From positions 992,001 through 1,056,000 of the forward strand of contig CM074820.1 of NCBI GenBank assembly GCA_037447605.1: a DNA stretch of 64,000 nucleotides, read 5' to 3'. This document shows, in pieces, positions 31,702 through 45,200 of the stretch; the stretch's first letter is position 1; each line of letters opens with the position of its first letter. The notes under the pieces are model-generated. The model was not told where the DNA came from. It searched no databases and saw only the letters and a program-made list of their open reading frames with translations. The translations under genes and the position numbers were made by a program. The DNA is from Zygnema circumcarinatum SAG 698-1b. Lineage: Eukaryota; Plantae; Zygnematophyceae.

Positions 31702-32194
31702 AATCAAAGAAAAACATTTTTGCAAAAAAAACACATGGAACCAATCAAAGTTCGAAATGTGTTCGTATAGTCAAATTATTGCTTAGAGGGTAGACTCTGA
31801 TTGGTCGATGTAAACTGACAATTGATGAATTGAGCCGGAATGTGCGCGTTGCTCAATGGTTGAACTGGTAGTGGATCAGAAATTGACATTTGTTTTGCGT
31901 GGATCCTACGACAGGGGCAATGATCAGAAGTCTAGCATAGAACCAATATACTGGACGACGCAGAAGATGATCCTTGATTGCACGTTGCATGATACGGATT
32001 CTGTTTCAGGGAGACAATTTTAATTGTGGAGATCAACTCGGTTCAAAGAAAGCTTCTGGAAGGCTTTGGCGAAAAAGTGTTTGGAAGTTTGGGACTCGCC
32101 CTTGCGCCTTCGAAGGGCCCATTGCAAAATTACTCGAATAAACCCAATGGCGGTGCGCCACGTGACGAAGTTCCAGACGTGGCGAGTTTCGATT

Positions 32195-32209
32195 GGAAGA
32201 TTCTCGAAG
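32195..32209. promoter_or_regulatory. Heat-shock element (three nGAAn units) upstream of FES1
   Basis: gGAAg-aTTCt-cGAAg, about 330 bp upstream of the ATG of an Hsp70 co-chaperone gene. Confidence 0.65.
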
Positions 32210-32537
32210 TTCAAGCAATAGCGAAGGCCCTAACAGGGAGAGAGAAACGTAGAGAGGCAACGGGAGAGAGGGAGTGGGAGCGGGAGCGGGAGAGGAGGGA
32301 AAGGGAGAGAGGGAGTGAGCAGGAAGAAGCGCGGAAAGAGACGAAGGGAAAGAGGGAGGAGGGAGAGGGAAGAAGCGCAGATAGAGAAGAAGGGAAAAAT
32401 TGGAGGGAGATTGCGGCTTGAGGAAGTGCTTCTCAACGGCGCGGATCTTTGGTTTCTTCAAGAATTCGCAAGTAAAGCTTAATACCGGCCGCGAGGTCTT
32501 GCAAGGAGAGTGGTTTGAGAAGTAGCACCTTTCAGCC

Positions 32538-35304
32538 ATGGCTGCTACCAGTAGTAACTGGGAGTCCATTCTCAAGTGGAGCTTGTCGCAGTCAGATGGG
32601 TCGGGGCCGGCGCGCCAAATCAGGTGCGCAATTGAGGGGATTGGTAGGGCAGCCAGAAGGCTTTGAGCTTCATTTCCTGCTGCAGACGCATGATGCCGTT
32701 CTTTTTTTGTTCTTAAAATGAAGGGAGGGTAACATTTCAGAGTCTGTTTCGTAGAAAGGCGCACATATGGTTGTATATGACAGTAAATATGATTTTTTCT
32801 TTGTTATTTCTGTAAAGGAAAAAAAAAAAAATACAACACGTTTTAAGAGTACTGTGGTAGCCAGACCTCTACATACTTGCACATCAACAATAACTGGAAG
32901 CAGTGGATGATTGGACGAGATGCACGATAGAAAGGAGGAAGCTAAGTGATCAAGTGCTGACATGGTATTCTCATTGAAGCAGTGAGGAAGAAAGGAGATG
33001 GTTCCAAGAGGCAGTAATGGGCAGCCAAGTGGACGTTATTAAGCGCATGAAGGAGATTTCAACAGTGATGCAATTGAATGAGCAGCAGCTGCAGGACAAC
33101 GGAGTTACTGTGGAGGAGCTGGAAGGTGATTCGCAGGACCATACCCCATTTGTTCACAAAGAGCAACTTTTTTGAGCTTCATAAGAAATTGGAGCCTTTG
33201 TAGAATTAGAGCAACTGGGTTGGTTACAAGAGCAAAGCGCTTTAAAGGAAGTATCGATCTTGGTTGCATAGCTATCAGAACTGACAAGCAATAGCTTGAC
33301 ATGTCTTTCATTCTTTCTCGGCTCCTGGAGATTGAAGCATGTGCTCTGGTTGTTTCCTGTTTCTCTAAGTCTTTGTAACGTTTACCTAAAGAAGCTACTG
33401 TAGTTGATTCTGCCTATATGGTACATTCTGATATAGGGAATAAATGCGTAGGCGCAAAAGTAAATGGTCAAACTCTTGTTTTCGCAAAGGGGTTGAGATG
33501 ATGAGATGATGAGATGATGAGATGATGATATAGAAGACGTTTTGATGGCTTGTTTTTCAGGGTCGTGTGATGGTAGTTTTATATTACAACCCGCGAGAAG
33601 GGTTTGAAAAGGGATGAAGATTGGAATAGTATTGAATTTGGGACTGTTTTGCGTTGTAGAAAAATTGTTTGCTCAATCTCTTGGCGAAGACTTCGAAAAT
33701 TATTTTCTGAAGTTGTTCTAAAGTTCATTGTTCCGCTGTATGTGATGCAGGTGTGTTGGAGGAGCTGCAGGAGCATGTGGAATCCATTGACATGGCCAAT
33801 GGTTAGATTTCTCTCTCATTTCCTTTTTCTTCCATGCTATCCATGGATCTTGCTTTACCGCATCCCTAACCTCTGCCCATTATATGCTGAAATCAATCAC
33901 ATTTGATGCCGGACACTGTTACCTTTTTGCTGCAGATTTGCAGGCCATTGGCGGACTTCTGCCTCTGCTCGAGTACCTTAAGAGCCCGCATGCCTCGCTG
34001 CGATCACGGGCTGCTGAGGTGGTGACCACTGTGGTGCAAAACAACCCCAGAAGTCAGGAAAATGTGATGAACGCCGGGGGCCTTCCACTGTTGTTACAGA
34101 ATTTCACTTCTGATTCAGATGTTTTAGTTCGAACAAAAGCTCTGGGAGCAATATCATGTAAGTTGCTATTTTCTTCCAACATAGGGAGTTGGCGGCTGAA
34201 TTTTGCGGCTGACCAGGCAAATGTACCTGCATTTCGTTTCCTGGGGAGTTGTTGCTCGTCCAGTTCTGAATGCCTGTGATGTCTCTCGTGCTTGCAGCTT
34301 TGATTAGACATAATAAGGCGGGAACCGACGAGTTTCGAAAAGCTGGCGGTTTCCTGACGTTGAAGGAAGCTCTTAAGAGTGATGAACCGCGATTTCAAAG
34401 GTGAGTTCCTGCATTGTATATTCTGTTACATTCAGTAAATGCAGCAGCAATTTCAGCCACCTGTTACAATGTATGCATTAGCACCCGAGGTTCGAGGCTT
34501 GAATGGTAGAATAAGCTGTTGCTCGAAGCATTTCCAATTTTGAAGCTTGATCTAGTCACAAATCAGTGTAGACAAATAAATCTCGGCATACATGAACCTT
34601 CTGGTTTCTGGTCTATGTTATGCCATAGTTCATCATTTGCTGGATGTTTTGTATCGCTATGCCACTGATTCGACTTAGACTCAAAGCGGCGGACAATATG
34701 TATGTTCAAGAATCTCTCTTTTTGACCTCTATTTGTGTGTGCTTCTCCATTCAGGAAAGCTCTGTATGTGCTGCACTACCTGATGCAAGAAAATCCGTCC
34801 GATCATAAAACAGCTCTGGAGGTCGGGTATGGGTCCATCCTTACCACACTAGCGACAAGCGCAGATGCAGATGTGAGGCAGGCAGCACTCCATGCCTTGG
34901 TAGAAATGGCCGTCCGAGGGCCGGAAGAGGTGGAAGAGCTCACTCGACCTCGGGAAGATGCAGCAGAAACGTTGAAAGATGTGCTCAACCGGAGAATGGA
35001 GGCGTTGAAGACTTTGGAGGGAAATGACATAGAATATTTCATGGACGAGAGGAACCTTCTAGATGAGCTCTGGGATCGGTGCTTTGGAAAAAGGAGAAGT
35101 ACAAGTGAAGCTGTGAGAGGTGTACGTGAGGGAGAGAGGGGGAGTGTGGAGGAGAATTCTCAGTTGGGTTCGTCGAACACGGTGAGGGGATTAGGGGCTG
35201 CATTGGCTCCTGCTGTGGGGAGTTCACATACTCCGGTCTTGTTGTTAGGAGGTCCTACCTCGTCAGCTTCTCCTGCACCTGGAGGTGGACAGAGAGAGGC
35301 ATGA
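32538..35304 (+). CDS. FES1: Hsp70 nucleotide exchange factor Fes1/HspBP1 (ARM repeats)
   Basis: MAATSSNWESILKWSLSQSDG; EEERRWFQEAV..VDVIKRMKEI; LEELQEHVESIDMAND|L.AIGGLLPLLEYLK..ASLRSRAAEVVTTVVQNNP; VRTKALGAIS; LIRHNKAG; RKALYVL; PVLLLGGP; stop at 35304. Confidence 0.93.
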
Positions 35305-35807
35305 ACTTGCAAACCAGGAACGGTTGAGAAAGGGAGTTGACTGGAAAACGTATGTGAAAATAAGAGCAAAACTCCATTGTAGTATGGCGTCGGACAATAC
35401 TGACGCTGTTTCCTTTCACTTTTGCAACTCTTGCCGTGCCGATGTAGGCAGTTAGCACAACGACCAGCTTCCAGCATGGATGTATGATGATGCGCATGAT
35501 TTTCGTAGTTTGCATATCGCTGGATGATTTTGTAGCTGAAGGCAATTTCAAACTTATATGTGGCTTGGTTTCCGGACGCCATAACCAAAAACTAGTTGCG
35601 ATAAACTGTGTACCCATGGTTTAAAATTGCCGACGAACGTATCATATGGTTTATAGTTCGTGTTGCGCTTTCTTCACCTGCACACAACCTGAACGCTCCA
35701 AATCGGCTTTGCACTACTTCTGCACGACAAGGACGTCAACACGGAAAAGACGACGTTGAACCATGAAGAACTACAACAGCATCAATGAACAATGAACAAT
35801 GAACAAT

Positions 35808-35941
35808 AGGGGGTGTCAGACTTAACGAAATCTTACGAACAAAAAAGTTTTGTAAGTACTCCGCCGCACCAGGATTGCGATGTCACCGAAGTACTCGTTC
35901 TGGTCGCAAACTTACGAACAATTTTTAGGTCTGACACCCCT
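35808..35941 (-). mobile_element. MITE family B, second copy
   Basis: Reverse complement of 9667-9801 with a few substitutions; flanked by AAT on both sides. Confidence 0.88.
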
Positions 35942-36076
35942 AATGAACAATGAACATCGCTCCATGAACACTCTGTGAGCCTCCGTCCACGCTTTGTTTA
36001 AAGGGAACATTTTCTGCCGCCAAACTCTGCAGAACAGGTAGCATAGCACCAGCCTGTAGCTCCCTACGGAGAATTC

Positions 36077-36125
36077 GACCGTTGGATGGCCGCGTGCGAG
36101 ATTGCGAGAAAATGGGCCGTTGGAT
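36077..36125 (-). promoter_or_regulatory. Pair of MSA-like motifs (CCGTTGGAT) 38 bp apart upstream of EER5
   Basis: GACCGTTGGAT at 36077 and GGCCGTTGGAT at 36115. Confidence 0.5.
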
Positions 36126-36218
36126 ACGCCACATGGACGATTCAGTTCCAGGGCAGAGTCGGAAGTCTTTGTCCCTTCAACTTCTGCCTTTCTCGCTTCT
36201 CCTCTCTCTCCTCTAGCC

Positions 36219-39200
36219 ATGGCGGACGCGGCCCGGCTTCTGAACGACTATTGTTCAGCTCTCGCCAGCGCTTTCTCGCTTCAGGACGGCGTGTCGTTGG
36301 CGCGCCTGATCTCGCTCAGCGGCTCGGAGGGCTATCGGAGGGCCGTTGCCGAGTCTTTGGATGCAGGAAAGGTAAAGACCAGCTTCTGCAACTCCTGAGT
36401 GGTGCCTGGTTGAGGCATTGGAGGAGCGATATTAGGCGAGTGGAAAATGGCGAGAGAGGAGATTGAGAGAGGGACAGAGAGGGAGACGGAGGAATGTGGC
36501 TGATTCTGTCACTAAAACTTGCAGATAACGGAATTTATGGACTGATTTCTACTGATTTATGGAGTGCTTAATGCAGAGATTGAAACCTAGATTATTTCAC
36601 ATTGATGGAAATTTTTGCAGCCTGAATTTGGCACAGCTTAACTCGCTTTCTTGCACTATCGAAAGCACGACCTCATTTGCGCATAAATTCTGCGACTTCT
36701 TTCACCACTATGTTGTTGGGCTTATTTTATAGCACATAGACCTGCTCTTCTACTCGTTGCTATCTTCATATGACCAAACAATAGTTACTCTCATCGTTTT
36801 ACAAACGTTTCTTGAATTCAAACATAACTTGCACCCTCGCCCCTTCTGGGAATCCTGAAAGCAGTGGACCATGCAATTTTTCGCCAGACCATGGGGGACT
36901 ACAGACATGCGCGGAGGGCAATATTTAGGCCATATAAGCCCTTTGTAAATGGTCTTGTTTCAAAACGAACAATTTCGCCATTGATTCTTATTTCCATTTG
37001 ATGCAGATCCTTTTCCAAGAAAAGGATACTATGCATGCTGTATTAATCGAGAAAAATTATTTAAGGTAAAGCATGTCATTTTTATGCAAGAGAGTTTTCA
37101 AGTTCAAATTAGGATTAAGGATTTTGGAAGCATCAGAGCACTCATCCAGTTTTTTCTGCTTCATACCATCCAAAGCCTAAGTATTTTTTCTTTCTTTGAA
37201 CTCAATACTGCCTCTGACTGAAGTTAGAACTTCATTTGTTTTGCAGGATCCAAAGAAACTGGCACGCAAACTGCAAACTTGGGGTTTGGAAGACATGCTG
37301 CAAAGCCATCTCTTGTGCATGCAGGCATACTATCATCATCGCTATGCAGAAGCGTTTGCTGAGTTACAAAATTCTACAAAGTGAGACTCCCATTTCTCAC
37401 TTTATTTATAACAGGCCACAGCTTATATTGGTAAATTTTGGAAAACTTAGGCTGGACATCAGCTTTTTTCAATTTATTCATTTCCGCTTTAATTCTACCT
37501 TGAAGATTTCCAGAACTGCACTGAAGGGTTAAATGAAATGGATCCGGACGTCAAATGGCAGCGTCTTTCTGCAGGAGTTTCGAAACTGGGATTCTACGTG
37601 GGCTATGAAGGCTTTGCATGCGATGGTGTTTGACATCAGAGCCGTTGCAGAGAAGGTATAATGAGCTTGTCGTTATACCGGACAGAACTTTTTGTGTATT
37701 CAAGAACATGGATATCAATATTTATCTGTTTCTTTCTTTTGTAAATACGTACATTTTCCCAATTTAATCTTCCCATGAAGATTAAAAAAAAACAAGGGCG
37801 AGTGAAAAATGCACAGGACAGTCTGTGAACGAAGAATTACCAGTACTTGGAGAATAGAGGAAAAGAGCTAGTCATAACCGGGAACGTTCTCACTTATAAC
37901 CGTACTGGTGAATTTGACACAGGGCAGTTGGATAGTTATTCCGAATATACAAGTGCAATCCGACGACTACTTGTCACTAATTTTTCTTATGAGTTTGCCG
38001 CAGTCAACCACTTCTTTCCTCTGACATAGATTCAAGGACTGCTATCTAAACCATTTACCTAACTAGAAAATCAATCACATTTCCGTAGAGCCAGAGGTAT
38101 TTCCGCAAACGAATTAAGTATTGATTCATGTTCTACATGTTTGGTATGTCTGCTTCAGGCTGACATGAATTTGGCAGCAGGAGTTCGGCCAAGAGAACAT
38201 CTTAAAACTGCAGGTTCCTTTCTCATGAAGGTTTTTGGAGCTATCGCTGTACGGAAATCTGCCTTTTCTAACCTTTCAATGTGCTGCTTTTGCTTGTGTT
38301 GTTGTACTCTGAAACTTTTCAAGTGCTGATTGCTAGTTTCATCCCCTGTTGTCTATGTCGTTCAGCTCGGCTGTATGTTTCCTCACAACTGGTCGACTTT
38401 CTTGCATCAATGGCAGGGGAAAGGGCCAAAAAGGATGGGTGCTCTGTACGTGGCTTGCCAGTTATTCAAAGTGTATTTTAAGGTGAGTAGTTTGGGTGGG
38501 AATCTGCTCGCGACGAGCTTTTTGGTTCTTTGGTGTCGGTGTTAAAGTCCTACTCTGATATAGATTCAATTGCCTATCATCTGCATCTCCCGTGATTTTA
38601 AGAAATGTGTGTGTCATGATATTGACCAAACTCCGATTGCAAGGGCAGCTGGGAACAGTTCATCTCTGCAGGAGTATTATCAGAGTGATTGATGCCGGAA
38701 ACTTCGATGACTATCCTGCTTGTGACAAGGTAGCTGACAACGTTTACGAGAAAATGTTGCAGCAGTAGTTTGGTTATAGCTGTGCTGGGAGACTGTTGCG
38801 TTGTTAAGATAGCATTACTATTGAATTTCGGAACTTGGAAAAAAATTGGTACTGGTTTTTCGAGCCATGCAGCTATCAATTAATGAATGAATGAAGGGGG
38901 AAGCAGGTCACTTACAAGTATTACACTGGTCGTCTCGACGTTTACAACGACGAGTTTAATTTGGTTAGTAGCCGCTGCGTACCTTTACGCAATCAATGAA
39001 GCAGATGCTATGGCTGTCTACAATGCAGATCGTTGGAAGCAAGATGCATATGCATGTAAAGCAATCTATAGATCGATCTGATCACGGACAAAGCTTTCTA
39101 GCGTCAAGACATCTAGGAATAGGCTCTTGTTATTCATTGTTCTTTTCGTGTTTGGGCCACTTGCAGGCTGACGAAAAGTTGACTTATGCGCTGCAACATT

Positions 39201-41012
39201 GCCACAGTGCTAAAACTGGCAACATGAGGTGTGCTATGTGCTCTCTAGAGCGGCATTTAAGAGCATGAAATTCCATCGGCAGAGACTGAACATGCTGTTC
39301 CGTTTCATATGTGATCGTTAAACAGCCAAATGATCCCTTTATTATGCATAATGCAGGCGTATCCTTCGTTACCTTGTTCCTGTCCGCCTATCGCTTGGGA
39401 GTGTACCGTCAGAGCAGCTCCTAGATAAATATGGTCTTCCCGAAGTATGAGCCTACATACTGCATGCCCAATGCTGTCCCTATCGAGTGTAGACTCAGCT
39501 GTAAATTTCTTATGAAATAACCTCGTTCTGTTAGCCTTCAACCTTTGAGCAAGTGTATGAAGTGGGAATTGATATTCAGTAATTAATATAACAGTACGAA
39601 AGTTTGATCTTGCTTATATCTAATGGTATCGCGCATATTGATGTAATCATGCTGTTGGACAAGGACGTCTGTGTACTAATGCAGGCGAGAAATGAGCCAA
39701 CGTGCAGTATGTTGGAGTAGTGCATGCGCTGCGGAGAGGGGATGTTCGGATGCTGCGAGAGACGCTGCAAAAATATGAAGAGCGGTGAGTGTCAGGAGTA
39801 GCGTTTCTTCACAAACTTTTACACGAGGGTGAAATGAGAAGTGCTTTGAAGACTTAATGGAAAACGAGGTTCACATAAGTCATTCTTGTTTGGTGATATT
39901 TGAAGGGCTGCCCAATACAAGGTCAGCAGGACGATACCTTTTGGCACTGAAAAGTTTCCACAGCGATACCGTTTATGACGTCCTTGGAAACCACTCTTTA
40001 GGATCCAATGAATTGTGAAGATTCAGACGACTTTGGGATCATGTGGTGCCGTTAGCAATCATGAGGAAGAAAGTCAGATGTGTTTTTTTTCTCCATGCAT
40101 GCAAGACTTTGTTGTGGTCTGTTCTGCTCCGCACATGGGCACGCTCTCAGACGTCAGCCTCTTCCTGATGACCTGAACAGAAAGTCCCCCTTTCAATGAC
40201 CATACCCTCTTCGAATGGAGAAGCTAATGTCCCGCAAATCCCATTCCGATTGTGATTCTTCTTGAATTATTGTGCAGATTCCTACGTTCGGGAGTATTCC
40301 TCGTGATTGAAAAGCTGGAGATGCAAGTGTATCGGCGCCTCATCAAGAAAATGTTAGTTGCCAAAGGGAGAGCTGCATACATTGTAGATCTGATCCTGTA
40401 CAGGGCTACAACATAGCTGCGGGGTTGGAAGGGGGGGGAAGATAATAAAGGCGGGGTGGGGTGGGGGGGGGGAAACTGGGGCATCACTGTTGGCATAGGT
40501 AGTGTATGGTGGTAATTGTGCAGTCTTGAAATGTGTGGTCTGTGAGGATGTGCAGGCATCTTCTGCAAAAGGCTAAGGACCCGGCCAGAGCACATCAGCT
40601 AAAAATGGAGTCCATTGTCCGCGCTTTGAGATGGCTCAACGTCCTCGTAGATGCGGAAGAGGTTGGTCTCTCTCCTACTTTCACCCATTTAAAGAAAGCG
40701 ATGAATCTGAGAAGCGTGGGCCTTCTCCAATTGCTTGATGGAGGCAAGCATTGGCCAACGTAGGAAGGCGGAGGTCAAGTTCAATGGTTGCTTTGTTGAA
40801 GAAGTCACCAAATTGTGTAACCATCTTCAATGTTCTTGGCGTAACTTTCAGTTGCTTCTGCATGACTGCAGGTTGAGTGCATTGCAGCTGTGCTCATTCA
40901 CAAGAACCTCATCAGAGGCTACTTTTCGCATAAAAGCAAAGTGGTGGTGCTGAGCAAGCAGGACCCCTTTCCCAAGCTGGCAAGCAGCACACAACCTGGG
41001 AGGACAGGGTGA
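36219..41012 (+). CDS. EER5: PCI-domain TREX-2 subunit EER5/THP1/PCID2, multi-exon
   Basis: MADAARLLNDYC; FLQEFRNWDSTWAMKALH; KGPKRMGALYVACQLFKVYFK; VTYKYYTGRLDVYN; ADEKLTYAL; RILRYLVPVRL; LVIEKLEMQVYRRLIKK; HQLKMESIV.ALRWL; VECIAAVLIHKNLIRGYFSHKSKVVVLSKQDPFPKL..* at 41012. Confidence 0.93.
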
Positions 41013-41629
41013 CATGTTTTTGCCATTCTTCAGCCTACCCCACTTCCTCTTTTGTGCTTACAAGACGGGTATCTCTGTAAATAGGTGTCCCTCCTGCATG
41101 GGCTAGAAGTCGCAGGCAGGGCTTCGGCCTGAAGCTCCATGGGGCTGGGGCTACCTCTAGTTCAAATGGACCCATAGTGGGGGGTGGCTATTTGGGTCAG
41201 AAATGGGCACAATCTGAGGTAGACCTTGCCCGCGCGGAAGTGCTCATTGCGGAAGCACAAATCAACACCTGCGAAGGTTTTCGAGCATAAGCTGTAAACC
41301 AAGCTTATTTTTTGCAATGGTATCATAACATCCTCAACAAGACGAAAAGCTTGTTCTGTCGGTTTCTTTATTGCAAAACTTGTGGTGGGAACGCTATCAG
41401 AAAGTTAGAAAGCGAGATAGACTTAAAAGCAATAAAAAGAAGGGCAGAAAGGAAGGCTGCAGAAGCGGAGAACGAGCTCTATGGGGATTTTGGGCAATTG
41501 GGATTTCTGTCGCAGTCAGCATGGAACACCGCCCCAGTTTTGAATGCCCCCTTTCTAACGGGTTTTGGAACTGTGAAACATGGAGAGGACCTCCCCTCCA
41601 GATCTTGGCCATTTGCCGCCTCGGCCGCG

Positions 41630-41900
41630 TCCACGTGTCGCCCCCACAGCCGTCGTCAGCTCTGGATATGCCACGTGGCAAGTCAAGATCCTGAGTTCCC
41701 GTTCCCGCCGTTCCTTGGAACAGCCGCGGGCTGCCGTAACGGCCGGCGGGCCAAGGCCCATTCTGTGGACTACAACGGCCAGAAATCGTCCCTCAGGCCG
41801 CCGTTCTGTGGAACGATCCAATGTCTACCGTCCGATTGAATATTTGAGCGATCGCGACCCTCCGTACCACGCCTAACGGCTCGCTGTCCCGCGAAACGGC
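41630..41900. promoter_or_regulatory. KAC promoter with clustered AACGG/CCGTT (MSA-like) cores and G-boxes
   Basis: CCACGTGTC and GCCACGTGGC. AACGG cores at about 41738, 41774, 41875 (CCTAACGGCT, full consensus) and 41895, plus reverse CCGTT copies. Confidence 0.5.
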
Positions 41901-42258
41901 GGTTGGCTTGGGACGCGGTTTGCCCCCTCCAGGGGTACGTTGCCTCCTTGCCGCAAATTACAGGGCGGGGCTGGTTTGGTTTTTGGAAGGGGAGGAAGCT
42001 GCAAAAGGCGGAAGGTGGGGGAGGGAGAGAGGCAGGCCAGCCAGAATTAGGGTTAGGGTTGCTGAGGGAGGAAGGAAGGTGGTCCAGGAGGAGGAGAGAG
42101 TTTGGAGGGAGGGGGAGGGAATGTGGAGTAGTAGAACAGTGAGCAGGAGGCTGTGTAGGGAGAGGGGAAAAGAGTGAGGTGAAGGAGGGAGTGAGGAAGT
42201 AAAGAGGCAGGGAAGGAGGGGGGGCGGGAAAGTACGAGGAAACTGGACCAGGAAGGAA

Positions 42259-45200
42259 ATGGGAGCAGGAGTGCGGGATTACCTTCTGTCCGATGAAGAT
42301 GATGACTTAGTCATGGATGCCAATTTTCAGGAGTTTGAGCAGGCAATGGGCCTTGGTTCACCGGGGAACATTCACTCCAACGAATCAACGTCTCCGTTAT
42401 CTACTGTTCCCGACCACACTGATAGCTCAAGCTCAACAACCTTTTCTCATGTGGATGGCCCGGATGATATGAGATTCTTGTCATCAATGTCTCTATCTTC
42501 TCTGCAGCGCTCAGGAAGCTACGGAGGCCGGCTTGGAAGCTCAGAAAGTAATCGGTTTGTTACGGCAGTCATGGAGAAGGTGGTCCTCTTAAAGACGGAC
42601 CTCTCTGTAAGTCTACATTAGCTCTTCTTCATTCCATATTAAAGTTTATTGCGCAGCTTGCTTCGATTGTCTTACACTTCTTCTTTTGAAACTTTATCGA
42701 GCTCTTCGTGCCTGCACTTGTTAAGCCATCTTTTTCCATCATTTCATCCCCCTCTGGTCCGTGCCTCCATATTTTGACATAAGTCTTGTTTGCGAATTTC
42801 GAACTTATATATTTTGCGCTGGCATTTCTCTTCTCTCTCCCTTGGTCTAAGAGAAGAGGCTTCATTTCTGGCGGTTTCGAGGGGCTTGGGTCAAACCGCT
42901 TCGTTGTTTCTTAAGTGTAGCACGTCGTGTTCTCCTGTTAGTGAGTAACGCTGACATACTTGGTTTAACAACGATATTTCCTTCAGCTCTATCCAATTCG
43001 GAATCTATTCACAGTCAATTAGATGACATTTTGAAATTTTCTTGTTCAGGTGGCACGGGACGAGATGAATGACCTTCGTCAAGAAGCAGGAGAACTGCAG
43101 GAGTATTCGAATGCGAAGTTGACAAGGATTACCCGCTATTTGGGTGTATTGGCAGATAAGGCTAGAACTCTAGGTCAGTACTTCCCCTAGCCCATACTGA
43201 GAGAAGTTGAGAGAATTCCACTTCTTTGTTGCTGTATTCAAAGAGTACGTTTACGTAGTGCGCACAACGCAATGTGAAAACATGAGTTCGAGTGATATCC
43301 TAGAAAGAAAGATTCGCAAAAATGTTCCTCGCCCGCTTTCTTGTTCACTGTCGGCACTGTGTAGCCCCCAACAAGTCTGCTGGAGCTCCTATTTCTCACT
43401 GTCTTTGCTAGGCAGCTAATGGTGGCCAATAATCGCAAGAAAGCTTGTGCTCGTTTTGTTGTTAAACCGGCTTCCATGTGGCCAACCTTGACGTTGGCGT
43501 TGCAGCCAAAGTGTTATTCACCTACCTATGGGCTGTCTGTTGAATTGTATTGCAGATCAGGTGGCTAATACTGCAGAGGAGCGAATAGCGCCCCTTCAGA
43601 AGGAGCGCAAGAAGCTGTTCAATGACCTCCTAAATGCGAAAGGTGAGTTCAACAAAATCAACAAGATATTGGAGGCAGAAAGTTGGGAAGATGATGTATC
43701 CACTAGAATGGTGGTGTTTCTCCGCTAGTGAGCTAGCGGGCTGTGGTGCAAAGGGATGTCTGCAGAGTATAAGACCCATTCTCACTAACCAGAAACTGCA
43801 ATAGTGAGATAAACAATGCAACATATGTACCTCCATGGTTCTTTCACAGCCATAATGAAAAGTTATCTTAGACCTTGATAAAGCCGTAGCAGCTCAGCGA
43901 AATGTCACTCAGTGAGAGAGTTCTGTGTTTGCCGAGCTGCTTGTGAGCATTCAAGACTCAAGCTGGTTGATGGCATACAATGGTAGCTTTTGCTCTATCC
44001 TCTTCGTTCATTTTCTTTAGAGCTTCTTCGCATGGTTCCAAAGCCGCTAAAAGGGGGCTCACTGTAACACAGCTTGCAGTATATCATTAAAGTACTACAG
44101 TCCAGAGGACACCATTGGCGATGTCAAAAGAATTTGAAAAGTTTTCGTTATCTTCCTCTGTGCATACTTCTTAGATATCCTAGTGGTTCTCTAGCTAAAG
44201 CTTTCTTGGTAGCAAGAAGCTGGAAGTTACCTGAATTGTAAGCGTCCAAAGTTGTATGTGCACCTGCATGAGCTGTTCCTTTTATTGTATGTGTGGAGGG
44301 GTTGCCAGGCTCTATCAGAGTATTCTGCCGCGTGAGGCCTCAGTTTGAAGATGAAGGAGCGACAACCACCTCCTTTCCAAATGTTTTCACAGTTCAGGTT
44401 AACCAAGCAGCCGGCGCAGGGAGCTTTCAGCCAGCTGCTGCTAAAAAAGACTTTGAATTTGACCATGTATATGGGCCGCATGTGAGCCAATGTAAGAGTG
44501 CTACCAAGCATGAGCTTTGAAAAACCTTACCTTTGTTACTGGACATGGTGCATTCCAGCACTTCTGCTTAAGTCAATTCAACAAACGTTGTGCTTGTTGT
44601 TAGGTGATTAGAGTTTTCTTGACGACAATTATTCCGGAGAAGCAGTTTATCTTGAATTCTAGTTATAGAAGCAGGCAAGGAAGAGAATTGAATGGAGGGG
44701 CCTGCTCGGACTCAGCCGAGTTGAAATTTTTAACCTGCATTGAACTTTGCTCTGTTGGAAAAATGTTTCCTGTTCTAAGTTACATGTAACTCTCTATGGC
44801 TGTTGTCTGATGCAGCTGCCCTCTTTCAGGACATTCAGCCTCTTATGACCTCGGTTATGGACGGCTATAATGCTTGCGTTTTGGCCTATGGTCAGACAGG
44901 AGCTGGCAAAACACATACCATGGTGAGCTCACGTGAAGGCTTTAACAAGCAACAGCTGTTTTGTAATTGGCTGTATCGCAAATCTTTCTCCCTATTCTAG
45001 TCATTGAAGATTTTGGGCTGGAGATATTGCAGGAAGGGGCCATCCACGACAGAGGCATCTACTACCGTGCCTTTGATGAATTATTTGACCTCGCGAATTC
45101 GAGCATGACAGTTAGCTTCAACTATGTGTTTCACGTTAGCGTTGTGGAGCTATACAATGAGCAGGTGATGTTTGCCTCTTTGTATTGCCATTTTGTGGGA

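Noticed and set aside
35799-35950. 8-bp TSD (ATGAACAA) making MITE B a hAT element
   Set aside because: It holds only for this copy, which sits in an AATGAAC tandem; all four copies fit a 3-bp AAT duplication.
39358-39368. U12-type donor GTATCCTT
   Set aside because: It lies inside coding sequence (RILRYL); similar motifs at about 15015 and 37020 are on the non-coding strand.
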